A stretch of 26,201 bases of DNA from NCBI GenBank assembly GCA_040326155.1, contig JBEQLE010000062.1:1-26201 (forward strand), written 5' to 3'. This DNA comes from Leptospirales bacterium (lineage in GTDB: Bacteria > Spirochaetota > Leptospiria > Turneriellales > JAOUFE01). A program made the translations under genes and the position numbers. The notes under the pieces were generated by a model. It had not been told where the DNA came from. It ran no database searches and saw only the letters and a list, made by a program, of their open reading frames with translations. This document shows, one piece after another, positions 17,727 to 26,201 of the stretch (positions within the stretch are counted from its first letter, which is position 1; the number at the start of each line of letters is the position of its first letter).

Positions 17727-17786
17727 TCGCTTTGCGCCTTCGTGGCCCTTTTCTCTTTATTCTATTTATCCATGTTCAATAATACG

Positions 17787-17862
17787 TAAGGGGTGGCTAT
17801 CGCAACCCAGCGGGTAGTGTAGAACGTGAAACGTTCGGAACGAGGGGCAGGCTTGCCCCTTA
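17787..17862. other. GC-rich three-hairpin element upstream of rpsB
   Basis: Hairpins at 17791-17808, 17822-17836 (GAACGT-GAA-ACGTTC) and 17843-17860 (AGGGGCA-GGCT-TGCCCCT). Confidence 0.55.
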
Positions 17863-17947
17863 TGTCACATCTTTTCTTGTTCTGTTATTTTTAATCATTT
17901 ACAAAACGTTTTCGGTTTGAAACTTGGTATGGTTCAAGGAGATAAAT

Positions 17948-18778
17948 GTGGCTACAATATCGATGAAAAGTTTATTAGAAGCGGGAGTACACTTTGGTCA
18001 CCAGACCAGGCGTTGGAATCCCAAAATGAAGAAATATATTTTTACGGCAAGAAACGGCATTCATATCATTAACCTGCAAAAAACAATAGGTCTTGCGAAA
18101 ACCGCATACGAAGCTATGCGCGAAATTGCCTCACAGGGCGGCAAAATTCTATTTGTTGGAACTAAAAAACAGGCCCAGTCCGAAATTAAAAGAGCCGCTG
18201 AAGAGTGCGGTATGTATTATATTAACAACCGATGGTTGGGTGGTATTTTAACAAATTTTAATACAGTGAAAAAGTCTATTCAACGTCTTCGTAAGCTTGA
18301 AGACGCTTTTGAAAAGGATACTGTTTCTCAATTGGTTAAAACCAAAAAAGAGACTCTTTTGCTTCAACGAGAGTTGAACCGATTAAGAAGATACTTAAAC
18401 GGTATTAAAGATATGACGGCTTTGCCTGACGCTCTTTTTGTTATTGACCCTGTTCGTGAGCATATTGCAATTAAAGAAGCTCGCCGAAATAACATTCCTA
18501 TATTCGCTCTTGCTGATACCAACTGCGACCCTAATCTCGTTGATTATGCAATTCCTGCTAACGACGATGCTATTCGTGCGGTTGCTTTGTTCCTTCAAAT
18601 TATGGTTGGCGCCATTGAAGAAGGAAAACAAGGCGGTGAGTTCTCTCAAGTTGAAATTGAACAAGATGATGAAAACATGGACCAAGCAGAGGCCGCCCCT
18701 GAAGGCAAAGAGACCACTAAGCTTGATGCAATTGAAGAGCTTGAAACAAAGTACGACACTGTCGAAACTGAAGATTAA
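17948..18778 (+). CDS. rpsB: 30S ribosomal protein S2
   Basis: [28 protein letters not shown] and [11 protein letters not shown] motifs; GTG start after an AAGGAGA SD. Confidence 0.98.
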   Translation: MATISMKSLLEAGVHFGHQTRRWNPKMKKYIFTARNGIHIINLQKTIGLAKTAYEAMREIASQGGKILFVGTKKQAQSEIKRAAEECGMYYINNRWLGGILTNFNTVKKSIQRLRKLEDAFEKDTVSQLVKTKKETLLLQRELNRLRRYLNGIKDMTALPDALFVIDPVREHIAIKEARRNNIPIFALADTNCDPNLVDYAIPANDDAIRAVALFLQIMVGAIEEGKQGGEFSQVEIEQDDENMDQAEAAPEGKETTKLDAIEELETKYDTVETED

Positions 18779-18789
18779 GGAATATTAAT

Positions 18790-19377
18790 ATGGCGGTAGA
18801 TACCCAAAAGCTGAAAGAGCTGAGAAGTATGACTTCGGCTGGAATACTTGATTGCAAAAAGGCCCTGGAAGAAAACGATAACGATCTTGAAAAATCGGCT
18901 GAATACCTTCGTAAAAAAGGTATAGTAAAAGCTGTAAAAAAAATGGATCGCGAAGCCACCGAAGGCGGCATATTCTCCTATATTCATCACAACGGTAAGC
19001 TTGGTGTGTTATTACAGCTGAATTGTGAAACTGACTTTGTTGCGAAAAACGATATGTTTAAAGAACTAGGTAAGAATATCGCTATGCATATCGCTGCAAG
19101 TAACCCTGTTTATATAAGCCCTGATGAAGTACCTGAAGATATTGTTAACAAAGAAAGAGATATTCAGAAAGAGACCTTACTTAAAGAGGGTAAACCTGAG
19201 AATGTAATTGAAAAAATTCTGGAAGGGAAAATGGCTAAGTATGTAAATGAAATTTCTTTATTGAAACAAGCTTACGTGAAAGACCCGAAATCTTCCATTG
19301 AAGACTTACTTAAAGAAGGGATTTCAAAACTTGGTGAGAATATCTCTATTGGTAAATTCACCAGGTACTCTATTTAG
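18790..19377 (+). CDS. tsf: Elongation factor Ts (short form)
   Basis: LKELRSMTSAGILDCKKAL and LNCETDFVAKN motifs; follows rpsB. Confidence 0.97.
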   Translation: MAVDTQKLKELRSMTSAGILDCKKALEENDNDLEKSAEYLRKKGIVKAVKKMDREATEGGIFSYIHHNGKLGVLLQLNCETDFVAKNDMFKELGKNIAMHIAASNPVYISPDEVPEDIVNKERDIQKETLLKEGKPENVIEKILEGKMAKYVNEISLLKQAYVKDPKSSIEDLLKEGISKLGENISIGKFTRYSI

Positions 19378-19383
19378 GAAATT

Positions 19384-20139
19384 ATGTCTGAATTACCGGA
19401 GAAAGGATTCAAAAGAATTTTATTAAAACTCTCCGGTGAAGTCTTAGCCGGTAAAGACCAGTATGGTATTAACGCCTCTGTCGTTGAAAAACTGGCTGAC
19501 CAAATAATCGCAGTACATAACCTCGGTGTTGAAATAGCTATTGTTATTGGCGGCGGGAATATTTTTCGTGGTGTCAGTGGAGCCTCCAAAGGAATGGACC
19601 GCGCCACTGCCGACTATATGGGCATGATGGCTACCATCATTAATGGACTGGCATTGCTCGATTTTCTTGAAAAAAAAGGAATTGTTACCCGATTACAGTC
19701 TGCTATTGAGATAAAATCGGTCGCCGAGCCCTTCATTCGCAGAAGACTTCTTCGTCATCTTGAAAAAAAGAGAGTCGTTATTTTAGCCGGTGGAACTGGA
19801 AACCCCTATTTTACCACGGATACAACTGCAGCTCTTCGCGCTGTAGAACTTAAAACCGACATTATATTTAAAGGAACAAAAGTCGATGGGGTCTATGAAG
19901 ACGATCCTATGGAAAACCCTTCAGCTCGTCGTTATAGCAGAATCTCCTTTATGAATGCTCTTCAGCAACGATTAAAAATAATGGACTCCACCGCCTTTTC
20001 TCTTTGTATGGATAATAAAATGCCGATACTTGTTTTTGATATTGAAAATGAGAATAGTCTTATGCAAGCTGTGCTTGGAGAGTCTGTCGGTACTTTAGTT
20101 GATTCGAGAGAAGGAGCAGAGTTTTATGGAAGTTCATGA
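19384..20139 (+). CDS. pyrH: UMP kinase
   Basis: RILLKLSGE, GGGNIFRG, ADYMGMMAT and GTGNPYFTTDTTAALRA motifs. Confidence 0.98.
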   Translation: MSELPEKGFKRILLKLSGEVLAGKDQYGINASVVEKLADQIIAVHNLGVEIAIVIGGGNIFRGVSGASKGMDRATADYMGMMATIINGLALLDFLEKKGIVTRLQSAIEIKSVAEPFIRRRLLRHLEKKRVVILAGGTGNPYFTTDTTAALRAVELKTDIIFKGTKVDGVYEDDPMENPSARRYSRISFMNALQQRLKIMDSTAFSLCMDNKMPILVFDIENENSLMQAVLGESVGTLVDSREGAEFYGSS

Positions 20140-20695
20140 AGAAGTTGAACTAATTTTATCTGACGCTGAAGAGCGTATGGAAAAAACGAATAACGAACTC
20201 ATTAATGCGTTGGGTTTAATTCGTTCAGGAAGAGCTACTACCGGTCTTGTTGATGATATACGTGTGGAAGCGTATGGCGATGTCTTGCCGTTAAACCAGG
20301 TTGGGGCTATTTCTATTCCCGAAGCCAGAACTATTACCATTGATGTCTGGGATAAGGCTATTTCCCAGGATGTTGAAAAGGCCATTCAAAAGTCTGGTAG
20401 AAATTTAAACCCCCAGAATGATGGCGGTTTTATTCGTATAAATTTGCCTGACTTAACCGAAGATCGGCGTAAAGATCTGGCTAAGCTTGCAAAGCAAAAA
20501 GCCGAAGATTTTAAAGTTGCTATTCGTAATATTCGTAGAGACGCTAATGATTCACTCAAACGATTGAAAAATGAAGGTATCTCTGAAGATGAAATGCGCA
20601 CGAACCAGGACAAAGTACAATCGCTTACGGATGGAAGAATTCGTAAAATGGACGATCTCTGTAGCGCAAAAGAAAAAGAGATAATGACAGTCTAA
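20126..20695 (+). CDS. frr: Ribosome recycling factor
   Basis: IRSGRA, NPQNDG, P.LTEDRRKDL and AIRNIRRDAN motifs; start ATG 20126. Confidence 0.97.
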   Translation: MEVHEEVELILSDAEERMEKTNNELINALGLIRSGRATTGLVDDIRVEAYGDVLPLNQVGAISIPEARTITIDVWDKAISQDVEKAIQKSGRNLNPQNDGGFIRINLPDLTEDRRKDLAKLAKQKAEDFKVAIRNIRRDANDSLKRLKNEGISEDEMRTNQDKVQSLTDGRIRKMDDLCSAKEKEIMTV

Positions 20696-20698
20696 TTT

Positions 20699-21478
20699 GT
20701 GGAACCTGTCGACAATACAAACAACTCCCCGGATATGCCTTTAAATGAAGCATGTATTCCCAAACATTTGGCAATTATTATGGACGGGAATGGCCGTTGG
20801 GCGCAAGATAGAGGCTTGTCGCGCTTAGATGGACATAAGCATGGAGCGGATATTCTGGATCGTCTTTTAGATACGATACTCGAATTAAAAATTCCTTATG
20901 TTTCATTGTATGCTTTTTCTACGGAAAACTGGAAACGTCCCAAAACTGAAGTGACTGCGCTGTTTGAATTGTTGAATCGTTATTTAAAAGATCGCCTTAA
21001 TAAAATGGTGGAAAAAGGAATTTGCATGAGGGTCTCCGGCGATATACAAGGCCTCCCTTTTATAAGTAGAAATTTAGTAAACGGCGCTCTCGAAAGAACA
21101 CGAAATGGTACAAATCTTGTAGCCAACTTTTGCATTAATTATGGCAGTCGTGATGAGATTGTACACGCTGTAGAATCTTTAATTGCCGAACGTTCTTCCC
21201 ATAAAGTAAAGAAGTCGGCAAACTTGACCTGGGAAGATATTGACAGTTTTCTTTACACAAGCGGTATGCCAGGAGTAGACTTACTTATTCGCACTGGCGG
21301 TGAAAAAAGACTTTCTAACTTTTTACTGCTTCAGTCGGCTTACGCTGAAATTTACTTTACAGAAACTCTCTGGCCTGAATTCAACGAGAAAGAATTATTA
21401 GAGATTCTGCAATGGTACCAAAGCCGGGTCCGAAAATTTGGAGGACTTGAAAATTCGGAAAAGGTAAAAACCGTATGA
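20699..21478 (+). CDS. uppS: Undecaprenyl diphosphate synthase
   Basis: IPKHLAIIMDGNGRWA, YAFSTENWKRP, NYGSRDEI and IRTGGEKRLSNFLL motifs. Confidence 0.97.
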   Translation: MEPVDNTNNSPDMPLNEACIPKHLAIIMDGNGRWAQDRGLSRLDGHKHGADILDRLLDTILELKIPYVSLYAFSTENWKRPKTEVTALFELLNRYLKDRLNKMVEKGICMRVSGDIQGLPFISRNLVNGALERTRNGTNLVANFCINYGSRDEIVHAVESLIAERSSHKVKKSANLTWEDIDSFLYTSGMPGVDLLIRTGGEKRLSNFLLLQSAYAEIYFTETLWPEFNEKELLEILQWYQSRVRKFGGLENSEKVKTV

Positions 21479-22374
21479 AAGACATTTTAATAAAAATTTT
21501 AGTTGGTATAGTCGTAGCTTCTGTATATCTTTTTTCATTTCATTTTGAAGGTTATGGGTATGTAAGGTTTTATATCTTCATATTGGCCGTCATCAGTATA
21601 TGTATATTTGAACTTTTTCGTATGTACCAGAAAGATGTAACTTTTAAAGTCATGTTGCCTGCTTTTGTTTTATCATTTAGCTGGTTAACTCTTATATACG
21701 CATTGTCCCTTTCTATTTATTATAATATCGATTCTATTCCAACAGGGCTACTTCCTGTTGTTTCGGGTCTTTCTACTTTAGATGTTGTTGACATTGCTTC
21801 GATGCTACCCATACTCGCTATGTTTGCCATAGCTTATTTTGTTATTTTCAGTGAAGAATCTAAAATTCAATTAAACCTGGGCTTAACTTTTGTATCATTT
21901 TTTTATATTGCAATACCATTATCAACTGTGTTACTTCTTCGGGCTATGGAGCAAGGGGTTTTTCTACTCTGGTTTCTCAGTTTTGCGGTAGCCATGTCTG
22001 ATACGATGGGTTTTGTTTTCGGTAAACTTTTCGGAAAACATAAGGTAAAATGGACATTAAGCCCGAATAAAACCTGGGAAGGTTATATAGGTGGTTTTTT
22101 CGGACAAAGTCTAATGGTGATATTGTTTCACTACGTTGCATCTTTGCTGGGTGATGTTCCGACGCTCGGTTATGTACAACTTATATTTATTGCCGGAACG
22201 ATTTACTTTGTTTCGGTGTTGGGAGATTTAAGCGAGTCGCGATTAAAAAGAGCAGCCGGGGTAAAAGATTCCGGTACTTTTTTGCCAGGTCATGGCGGTT
22301 TTTTAGATCGAGTCGATTCGATTATATTTGCAGCGCCTTTTTTCTATTTTTTGCTTCGATATTCTTCCATGTAA
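21475..22374 (+). CDS. cdsA: Phosphatidate cytidylyltransferase
   Basis: SDTMGF..G..FGKHK, SPNKTWEG and GDLSESRLKRAAGVKDSG.FLPGHGGFLDRVDS motifs. Confidence 0.96.
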   Translation: MKDILIKILVGIVVASVYLFSFHFEGYGYVRFYIFILAVISICIFELFRMYQKDVTFKVMLPAFVLSFSWLTLIYALSLSIYYNIDSIPTGLLPVVSGLSTLDVVDIASMLPILAMFAIAYFVIFSEESKIQLNLGLTFVSFFYIAIPLSTVLLLRAMEQGVFLLWFLSFAVAMSDTMGFVFGKLFGKHKVKWTLSPNKTWEGYIGGFFGQSLMVILFHYVASLLGDVPTLGYVQLIFIAGTIYFVSVLGDLSESRLKRAAGVKDSGTFLPGHGGFLDRVDSIIFAAPFFYFLLRYSSM

Positions 22375-22380
22375 AGCAGT

Positions 22381-23517
22381 ATGAAAAAAAACAGAGTTGT
22401 AATACTAGGCGCAACCGGTTCTATTGGAGAAACCGCCCTTCGAGTTTTCAGGAATTTTCCTGAGCGATTTGAACTTTCTGGTTTTACGTATCATTCCAAT
22501 TTTGAACTGGCTGTAAAAATTCAAAAAGAGTTTCATGTAAAATATATTGTTTGCACTGCTGAGCCTTCTGAACAGGAGAAACTTCACTGGACCGGGTTAA
22601 ATTGTGAACTTTTGCATGACACCGAAGAACTTGCTCAAGTTGATTATGACAAGATTTTAATTGCCGTTGTAGGCGCAGTAGGTGTAAAACCTTGTCATGC
22701 GGCTATATTACGGGGAAAAGAAATATTATTGGCAAATAAAGAGAGTCTGGTAATGGCCGGTTCCATATTAATTTCAGATGCAAAACAATATGGGGCAAAA
22801 TTATTACCCGTCGATTCTGAACATAATAGTATTTACCGTTTAATGCATTCTGGCGCCGAATATCGTAAAATTAAAATAACTGCCAGCGGGGGAGCCCTGC
22901 GCGATTTTAATACAGAACAGATTAAAAAAGCGACCATTGTGGATGTTCTAAAACATCCCACCTGGAGTATGGGCGCCAAAATTACGGTAGATTCTGCGTC
23001 TATGGTAAACAAAGCTCTTGAAATTATGGAAGCTCATCATCTTTTTGGAATTGAGTATGAAAACCTTGGCGCGGTTATACACCCCGAAAGTTTTATTCAT
23101 GCTATGTTACAAGAGAAAGATGGAACCTGGTTTTTTCATGCTTACCGACCTGATATGGTTTACTCCATTGCTCATTGTCTATTTTATCCTGATAAATCTC
23201 CTTTAATTGAAAAAACCTCAGAAAGAGATGATCTTCCCGATATTCATTTTTTACCTATTGACGCAAAAAAATACCCGGCTTATTATATTGGTTTAGAGGC
23301 GGGAAAATTAGGGGGGGCATATCCTGCTATTTTTAACGCAGCCAATGAGGCAGCTGTTGAGGCTTTTCTTGACAAAAGAATTTCTTTTCACGAGATCTCA
23401 ACATATATAGATCGTATATTAGAGAAATCGGTGCCAGTTACTTTTTCAAGTGATTTGAATGGACTATTTGAGGCTGATCTCTGGGCTCGACGTTTGCTCC
23501 GTGAAAGTATAAAATAA
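22381..23517 (+). CDS. dxr: 1-deoxy-D-xylulose-5-phosphate reductoisomerase
   Basis: ILGATGSIG, LANKESLV, PVDSEH, HPTWSMGAKITVDSA and NAANE motifs. Confidence 0.97.
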   Translation: MKKNRVVILGATGSIGETALRVFRNFPERFELSGFTYHSNFELAVKIQKEFHVKYIVCTAEPSEQEKLHWTGLNCELLHDTEELAQVDYDKILIAVVGAVGVKPCHAAILRGKEILLANKESLVMAGSILISDAKQYGAKLLPVDSEHNSIYRLMHSGAEYRKIKITASGGALRDFNTEQIKKATIVDVLKHPTWSMGAKITVDSASMVNKALEIMEAHHLFGIEYENLGAVIHPESFIHAMLQEKDGTWFFHAYRPDMVYSIAHCLFYPDKSPLIEKTSERDDLPDIHFLPIDAKKYPAYYIGLEAGKLGGAYPAIFNAANEAAVEAFLDKRISFHEISTYIDRILEKSVPVTFSSDLNGLFEADLWARRLLRESIK

Positions 23518-23518
23518 A

Positions 23519-24637
23519 ATGGATTTTAAAGAAAATAACGAAGCTATACGAAATTATTTAGCGGAGTGTACCCACGTTGTCATTAAACTGGGAACTAATA
23601 TTTTAACTCCCCATATTGAATCTTCCGATATGAGTTATTTTAAGGGTTTGGCCCTGCAAATTAAAAAACTTGTTGAAAACGGAAAAAAAGTACTGGTTGT
23701 TAGTTCTGGAGCGGTTGGTTTTGGGAAAAAAATTAAAGATATTAAAACTGGTGAACTAAAAAAAAAGGAAACTATCGCAGAAAAACAGGCTTTTGCGTCC
23801 ATGGGGCAGGGGCTCTTAATTGATACATATCGAGAAAATTTTCAAACGGCCAACCTTGAGACCGGTCAGATTCTGGTGTCGCTCTCTGATTTTTTAAGTC
23901 GAAATCATTATAAAAATTTAAAACGTACGCTTGACCAGCTGATGGAGTGGGGAGCTATTCCTGTCATCAATGAAAATGACGCAATTACAGTCGAAGGTCT
24001 GAAATTTGGAGATAACGATACATTGTCCGCTTTTATAGCAGGCATGTACCCCCAGAGCTTGTTAATTATTCTAACGACAGTGGATGGATTTTATCTCGAC
24101 GACAAAAAAGTAGACTTAGTCACCCGTTTAGATGAAACTCATTTTGCCGCAGCCGGAGGCGCTACAGCAGGTGGCATCGGGGGAATGAAAACAAAGCTTC
24201 ACGCTGCTAAAAAGATTTTGTTGTCTGGGCAGGCCATGAATATTGCTTCGGGCGAACATCCTGCAGTAATTGAAGAAATTATTCAAGCGCAAAACGTAGG
24301 CACCTGGTTTTATCCTTTGATATCATCGTCGCTTAGTTTTCGAAAAAGGTGGCTGGTACACCATCGTCATGTCATGGGTAAAATTACAATTGATTCTGGT
24401 GCCAGAGAAGCTCTAAAAGACGGCTCGGCCTCTTTGCTTCTAGTTGGGGTGTTAAGTGTCGAAGGGAATTTTTCAGCCGGTTCGGTAATTGAAATTGTTG
24501 AAGCGAACAAAAATGAGTTGGCTCGCGGGATCGCCGCATACTCCAGTGACGAAATACATGAGATGCTTGAAGTAAATGAGAAACGACGCGGCGTTTACGT
24601 TGTTCACCGCGATAATATGATTATGACCAACGAATAA
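23519..24637 (+). CDS. proB: Glutamate 5-kinase with PUA domain
   Basis: VVIKLGT, VSSGAV, PVINEND, FGDNDTLSA, GGMKTKL and C-terminal VVHRDNM motifs. Confidence 0.96.
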   Translation: MDFKENNEAIRNYLAECTHVVIKLGTNILTPHIESSDMSYFKGLALQIKKLVENGKKVLVVSSGAVGFGKKIKDIKTGELKKKETIAEKQAFASMGQGLLIDTYRENFQTANLETGQILVSLSDFLSRNHYKNLKRTLDQLMEWGAIPVINENDAITVEGLKFGDNDTLSAFIAGMYPQSLLIILTTVDGFYLDDKKVDLVTRLDETHFAAAGGATAGGIGGMKTKLHAAKKILLSGQAMNIASGEHPAVIEEIIQAQNVGTWFYPLISSSLSFRKRWLVHHRHVMGKITIDSGAREALKDGSASLLLVGVLSVEGNFSAGSVIEIVEANKNELARGIAAYSSDEIHEMLEVNEKRRGVYVVHRDNMIMTNE

Positions 24638-24657
24638 TATTTTTAAGGAAGAAACAC

Positions 24658-25185
24658 ATGCCATTAATTAAAAAACTACTCATTGCCATACTTGGTACCA
24701 TGGCACTCTTTATGTTCGTCTCTTTATTCTTAGAGTCACAATGGGAAATTAAAAGAGAGATCGTCGTTGAAGCGTCTAAAGAAAAAGTATTCCCCTTAAT
24801 AAACAGTCCAAGAAACCATGCCAAATGGACTCCCTGGGATAGGAATTCGGATATAACAATCGTGTATTCTTTTGAAGGACCGGAAACCGGCAAAAACTCT
24901 GCCGTTATATGGAATGGGGCAAACACCAAACCGGGAAAACGAGTCATAACGAAAAGTGTCTTAAATGAAAAAGTAGAGTATATGATTTATCTCGATAATA
25001 AATTTTCAGCGCGCGGAGAGTTAGTACTTGAAACAGTTGAAAAAGGGACCAGGGTTACCTGGCGCGACTACGGAGACCTTGGCTGGAATCTCATGGGTCG
25101 CTTGATCGCCTCAAGTGCTAACGAACAAATCGGCTACGCCTTCGATAAGGGACTAATGAAGTTAAAAGTATTGGCTGAAAAGTGA
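24658..25185 (+). CDS. SRPBCC/polyketide cyclase-family protein with N-terminal TM helix
   Basis: IKREIVVEASKEKVF, W.PW, GTRVTW and FDKGLMKLK patterns. Confidence 0.85.
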   Translation: MPLIKKLLIAILGTMALFMFVSLFLESQWEIKREIVVEASKEKVFPLINSPRNHAKWTPWDRNSDITIVYSFEGPETGKNSAVIWNGANTKPGKRVITKSVLNEKVEYMIYLDNKFSARGELVLETVEKGTRVTWRDYGDLGWNLMGRLIASSANEQIGYAFDKGLMKLKVLAEK

Positions 25186-25203
25186 CAAAAGAAGAAGAGT
25201 ATA

Positions 25204-25471
25204 GACAGGATTGACATGATTTACAGGATTGGGAGAAGAAGCTGGTTTATATTAAAGGTCATGTTTAACATGGTTTTAAAATAATAGTATGTGTAGATTT
25301 GCAAAGATATTATGTATTATAAGTAATTATTCGAAATTCAGTCTCCTCTTCATTTCTTACATGTCAATCCTGTAAATCCTGTCAAAATTTCTTTTTCTCC
25401 GGTTCCTCTTTTCCTGTATTTCCTGTATTTCCTGCCTTCCTTGTAGCTAACTCTTTCTTGCTTTCCTTATA
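25204..25471. repeat. Modular repeat element, locus 4 (B-core2-B'-A'-A')
   Basis: B GACAGGATTGACATGATTTACAGGATT 25204-25230; B' 25360-25383; A' (TTCCTGTAT)2TTCCTGCCTTCC 25411-25440; second A' TTCTTGCTTTCCTTATA 25455-25471. Confidence 0.88.
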
Positions 25472-25478
25472 AAAATAG

Positions 25479-25510
25479 TTGACAAGTCTGCATAATCTAT
25501 GCATACTTGT
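25479..25510 (+). promoter_or_regulatory. sigma70-like promoter with overlapping palindromic operator for vapBC
   Basis: TTGACA (25479-25484), 17 bp, CATACT (25502-25507); inverted repeat ACAAGTCTGCATA-atc-TATGCATACTTGT at 25482-25510 with one mismatch. Confidence 0.75.
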
Positions 25511-25514
25511 ATGT

Positions 25515-25703
25515 ATGAGAACGACTTTGGTTATAGACGATGATCTCATGGAAAAAGCAAGTAAGCTTACCCATATTAAAAGTAAAACTGCCTTAATACA
25601 TGAAGGGTTAAAAGCGTTAATTATAAGAGAAAGCAGCCAGCGCCTTGCCCTGCTTGGTGGCACCGAAAAAAATTTAAAAGATGTAATCAGGCGCCCCGCT
25701 TGA
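25515..25703 (+). CDS. vapB: VapB-family antitoxin
   Basis: MRTTLVIDDDLMEKA..LT.IKSKTALIHEGLKALI...LALLGGTE; TTGA overlap with a PIN gene. Confidence 0.9.
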   Translation: MRTTLVIDDDLMEKASKLTHIKSKTALIHEGLKALIIRESSQRLALLGGTEKNLKDVIRRPA

Positions 25704-26059
25704 CTCTGGTTGATACGTCAGTCTGGATTGACCATTTCAGAAATACGAATGCAAAACTTGTGGAGCTGCTCCAAAATTTTGAAGTGTTGATTCATCCAAT
25801 GGTTCTTGGTGAAATTGCCTGCGGTAATTTGCAAAATCGAGATGAATTATTAACCTTACTGGGCCAACTGCCTGTAGCAGAAGAAGCGGCCCAATCTGAA
25901 ATTTTTACCTTCATAGAGAACAACCGTCTTTACGGGAAAGGACTGGGTTATGTCGATATAGCGCTTTTAGTCTCAGCGCTTATAAGCCGAGTAGAACTGT
26001 TCACACTGGACAATAGACTTCAAAAGGCCTGGGAAAAACTACGTAAAAAAATGGTGTAA
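25700..26059 (+). CDS. vapC: VapC PIN-domain toxin
   Basis: LVDTSVWIDHFR, HPMVLGEIACG, GLGYVD and LFTLD..L PIN motifs. Confidence 0.92.
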   Translation: MTLVDTSVWIDHFRNTNAKLVELLQNFEVLIHPMVLGEIACGNLQNRDELLTLLGQLPVAEEAAQSEIFTFIENNRLYGKGLGYVDIALLVSALISRVELFTLDNRLQKAWEKLRKKMV

Positions 26060-26093
26060 AATACACGGGGCAAGAAGGGAAAAGATTAGAATC

Positions 26094-26201
26094 GACAGGA
26101 TTGACATGATTTACAGGATTGGGGGAAGAAGCTGGTTTATATTAAAGGTCATGTTTAACATGGTTTTAAAATAATAGTATGTGTAGATTTGCAAAGATAT
26201 T
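26094..26201. repeat. Modular repeat element, locus 5 (direct copy of the start of locus 4; truncated by window end)
   Basis: 108 nt identical to 25204-25311 except one base (25234 A vs 26124 G). Confidence 0.95.

Noticed and set aside
17787..17862. Hammerhead ribozyme or group II intron domain V
   Set aside because: No CTGATGA core and no domain V consensus on either strand.
18790..19377. EF-Ts as a truncated pseudogene
   Set aside because: Short EF-Ts of about 200 aa is a known natural form, and the ORF is intact and in the normal operon position.
3208..24947. Numerous short antisense or alternate-frame ORFs (e.g. 3353-3664, 5396-5761, 13274-13696, 14469-14831, 18438-18788, 24621-24947)
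   Set aside because: They overlap well-supported genes and show no recognisable motifs; treated as shadow ORFs.
25382..25663. 93-aa minus-strand ORF ending KAGNTGNTGKEE
   Set aside because: It is antisense to vapB, and its repeated tail is just the translation of A' repeat units.
14898..26201. A/B repeats as a CRISPR array
   Set aside because: Copies are dispersed, inverted and nested, with no regular repeat-spacer period and no cas genes.

Overview
AT-rich bacterial chromosomal window, most consistent with a Leptospirales-like spirochaete. This is an inference from gene order, the NTP-transferase-only GlmU, the short EF-Ts and the divergent Pth. Two divergent housekeeping clusters dominate: on the minus strand atpZ-like, ispE, tRNA-Gln(TTG), glmU(N-term), prs, rplY, pth, tilS; on the plus strand rpsB, tsf, pyrH, frr, uppS, cdsA, dxr, proB. 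The left part holds envelope, transport and HEAT-repeat genes, plus a low-GC end with an orphan BrnT-like toxin, a HEPN-like ORF and decayed attC-like sites. The main unexplained signal is a family of nested, modular inverted-repeat elements at five loci (about 14.9, 16.7-17.0, 17.4-17.7, 25.2-25.5 and 26.1 kb). They are built from 8/9-nt tandem units (CAGGAA-type arm A, ACAGGATT-type arm B) and a covarying double-hairpin module C. They bracket single accessory genes (a secreted 509-aa protein, a 2Fe-2S ferredoxin, a vapBC pair) like cassettes and show signs of inversion and duplication, yet no recombinase or transposase is encoded in the window. Also notable: tRNA-Gln lies entirely inside the ispE reading frame, and Pth lacks its catalytic His.
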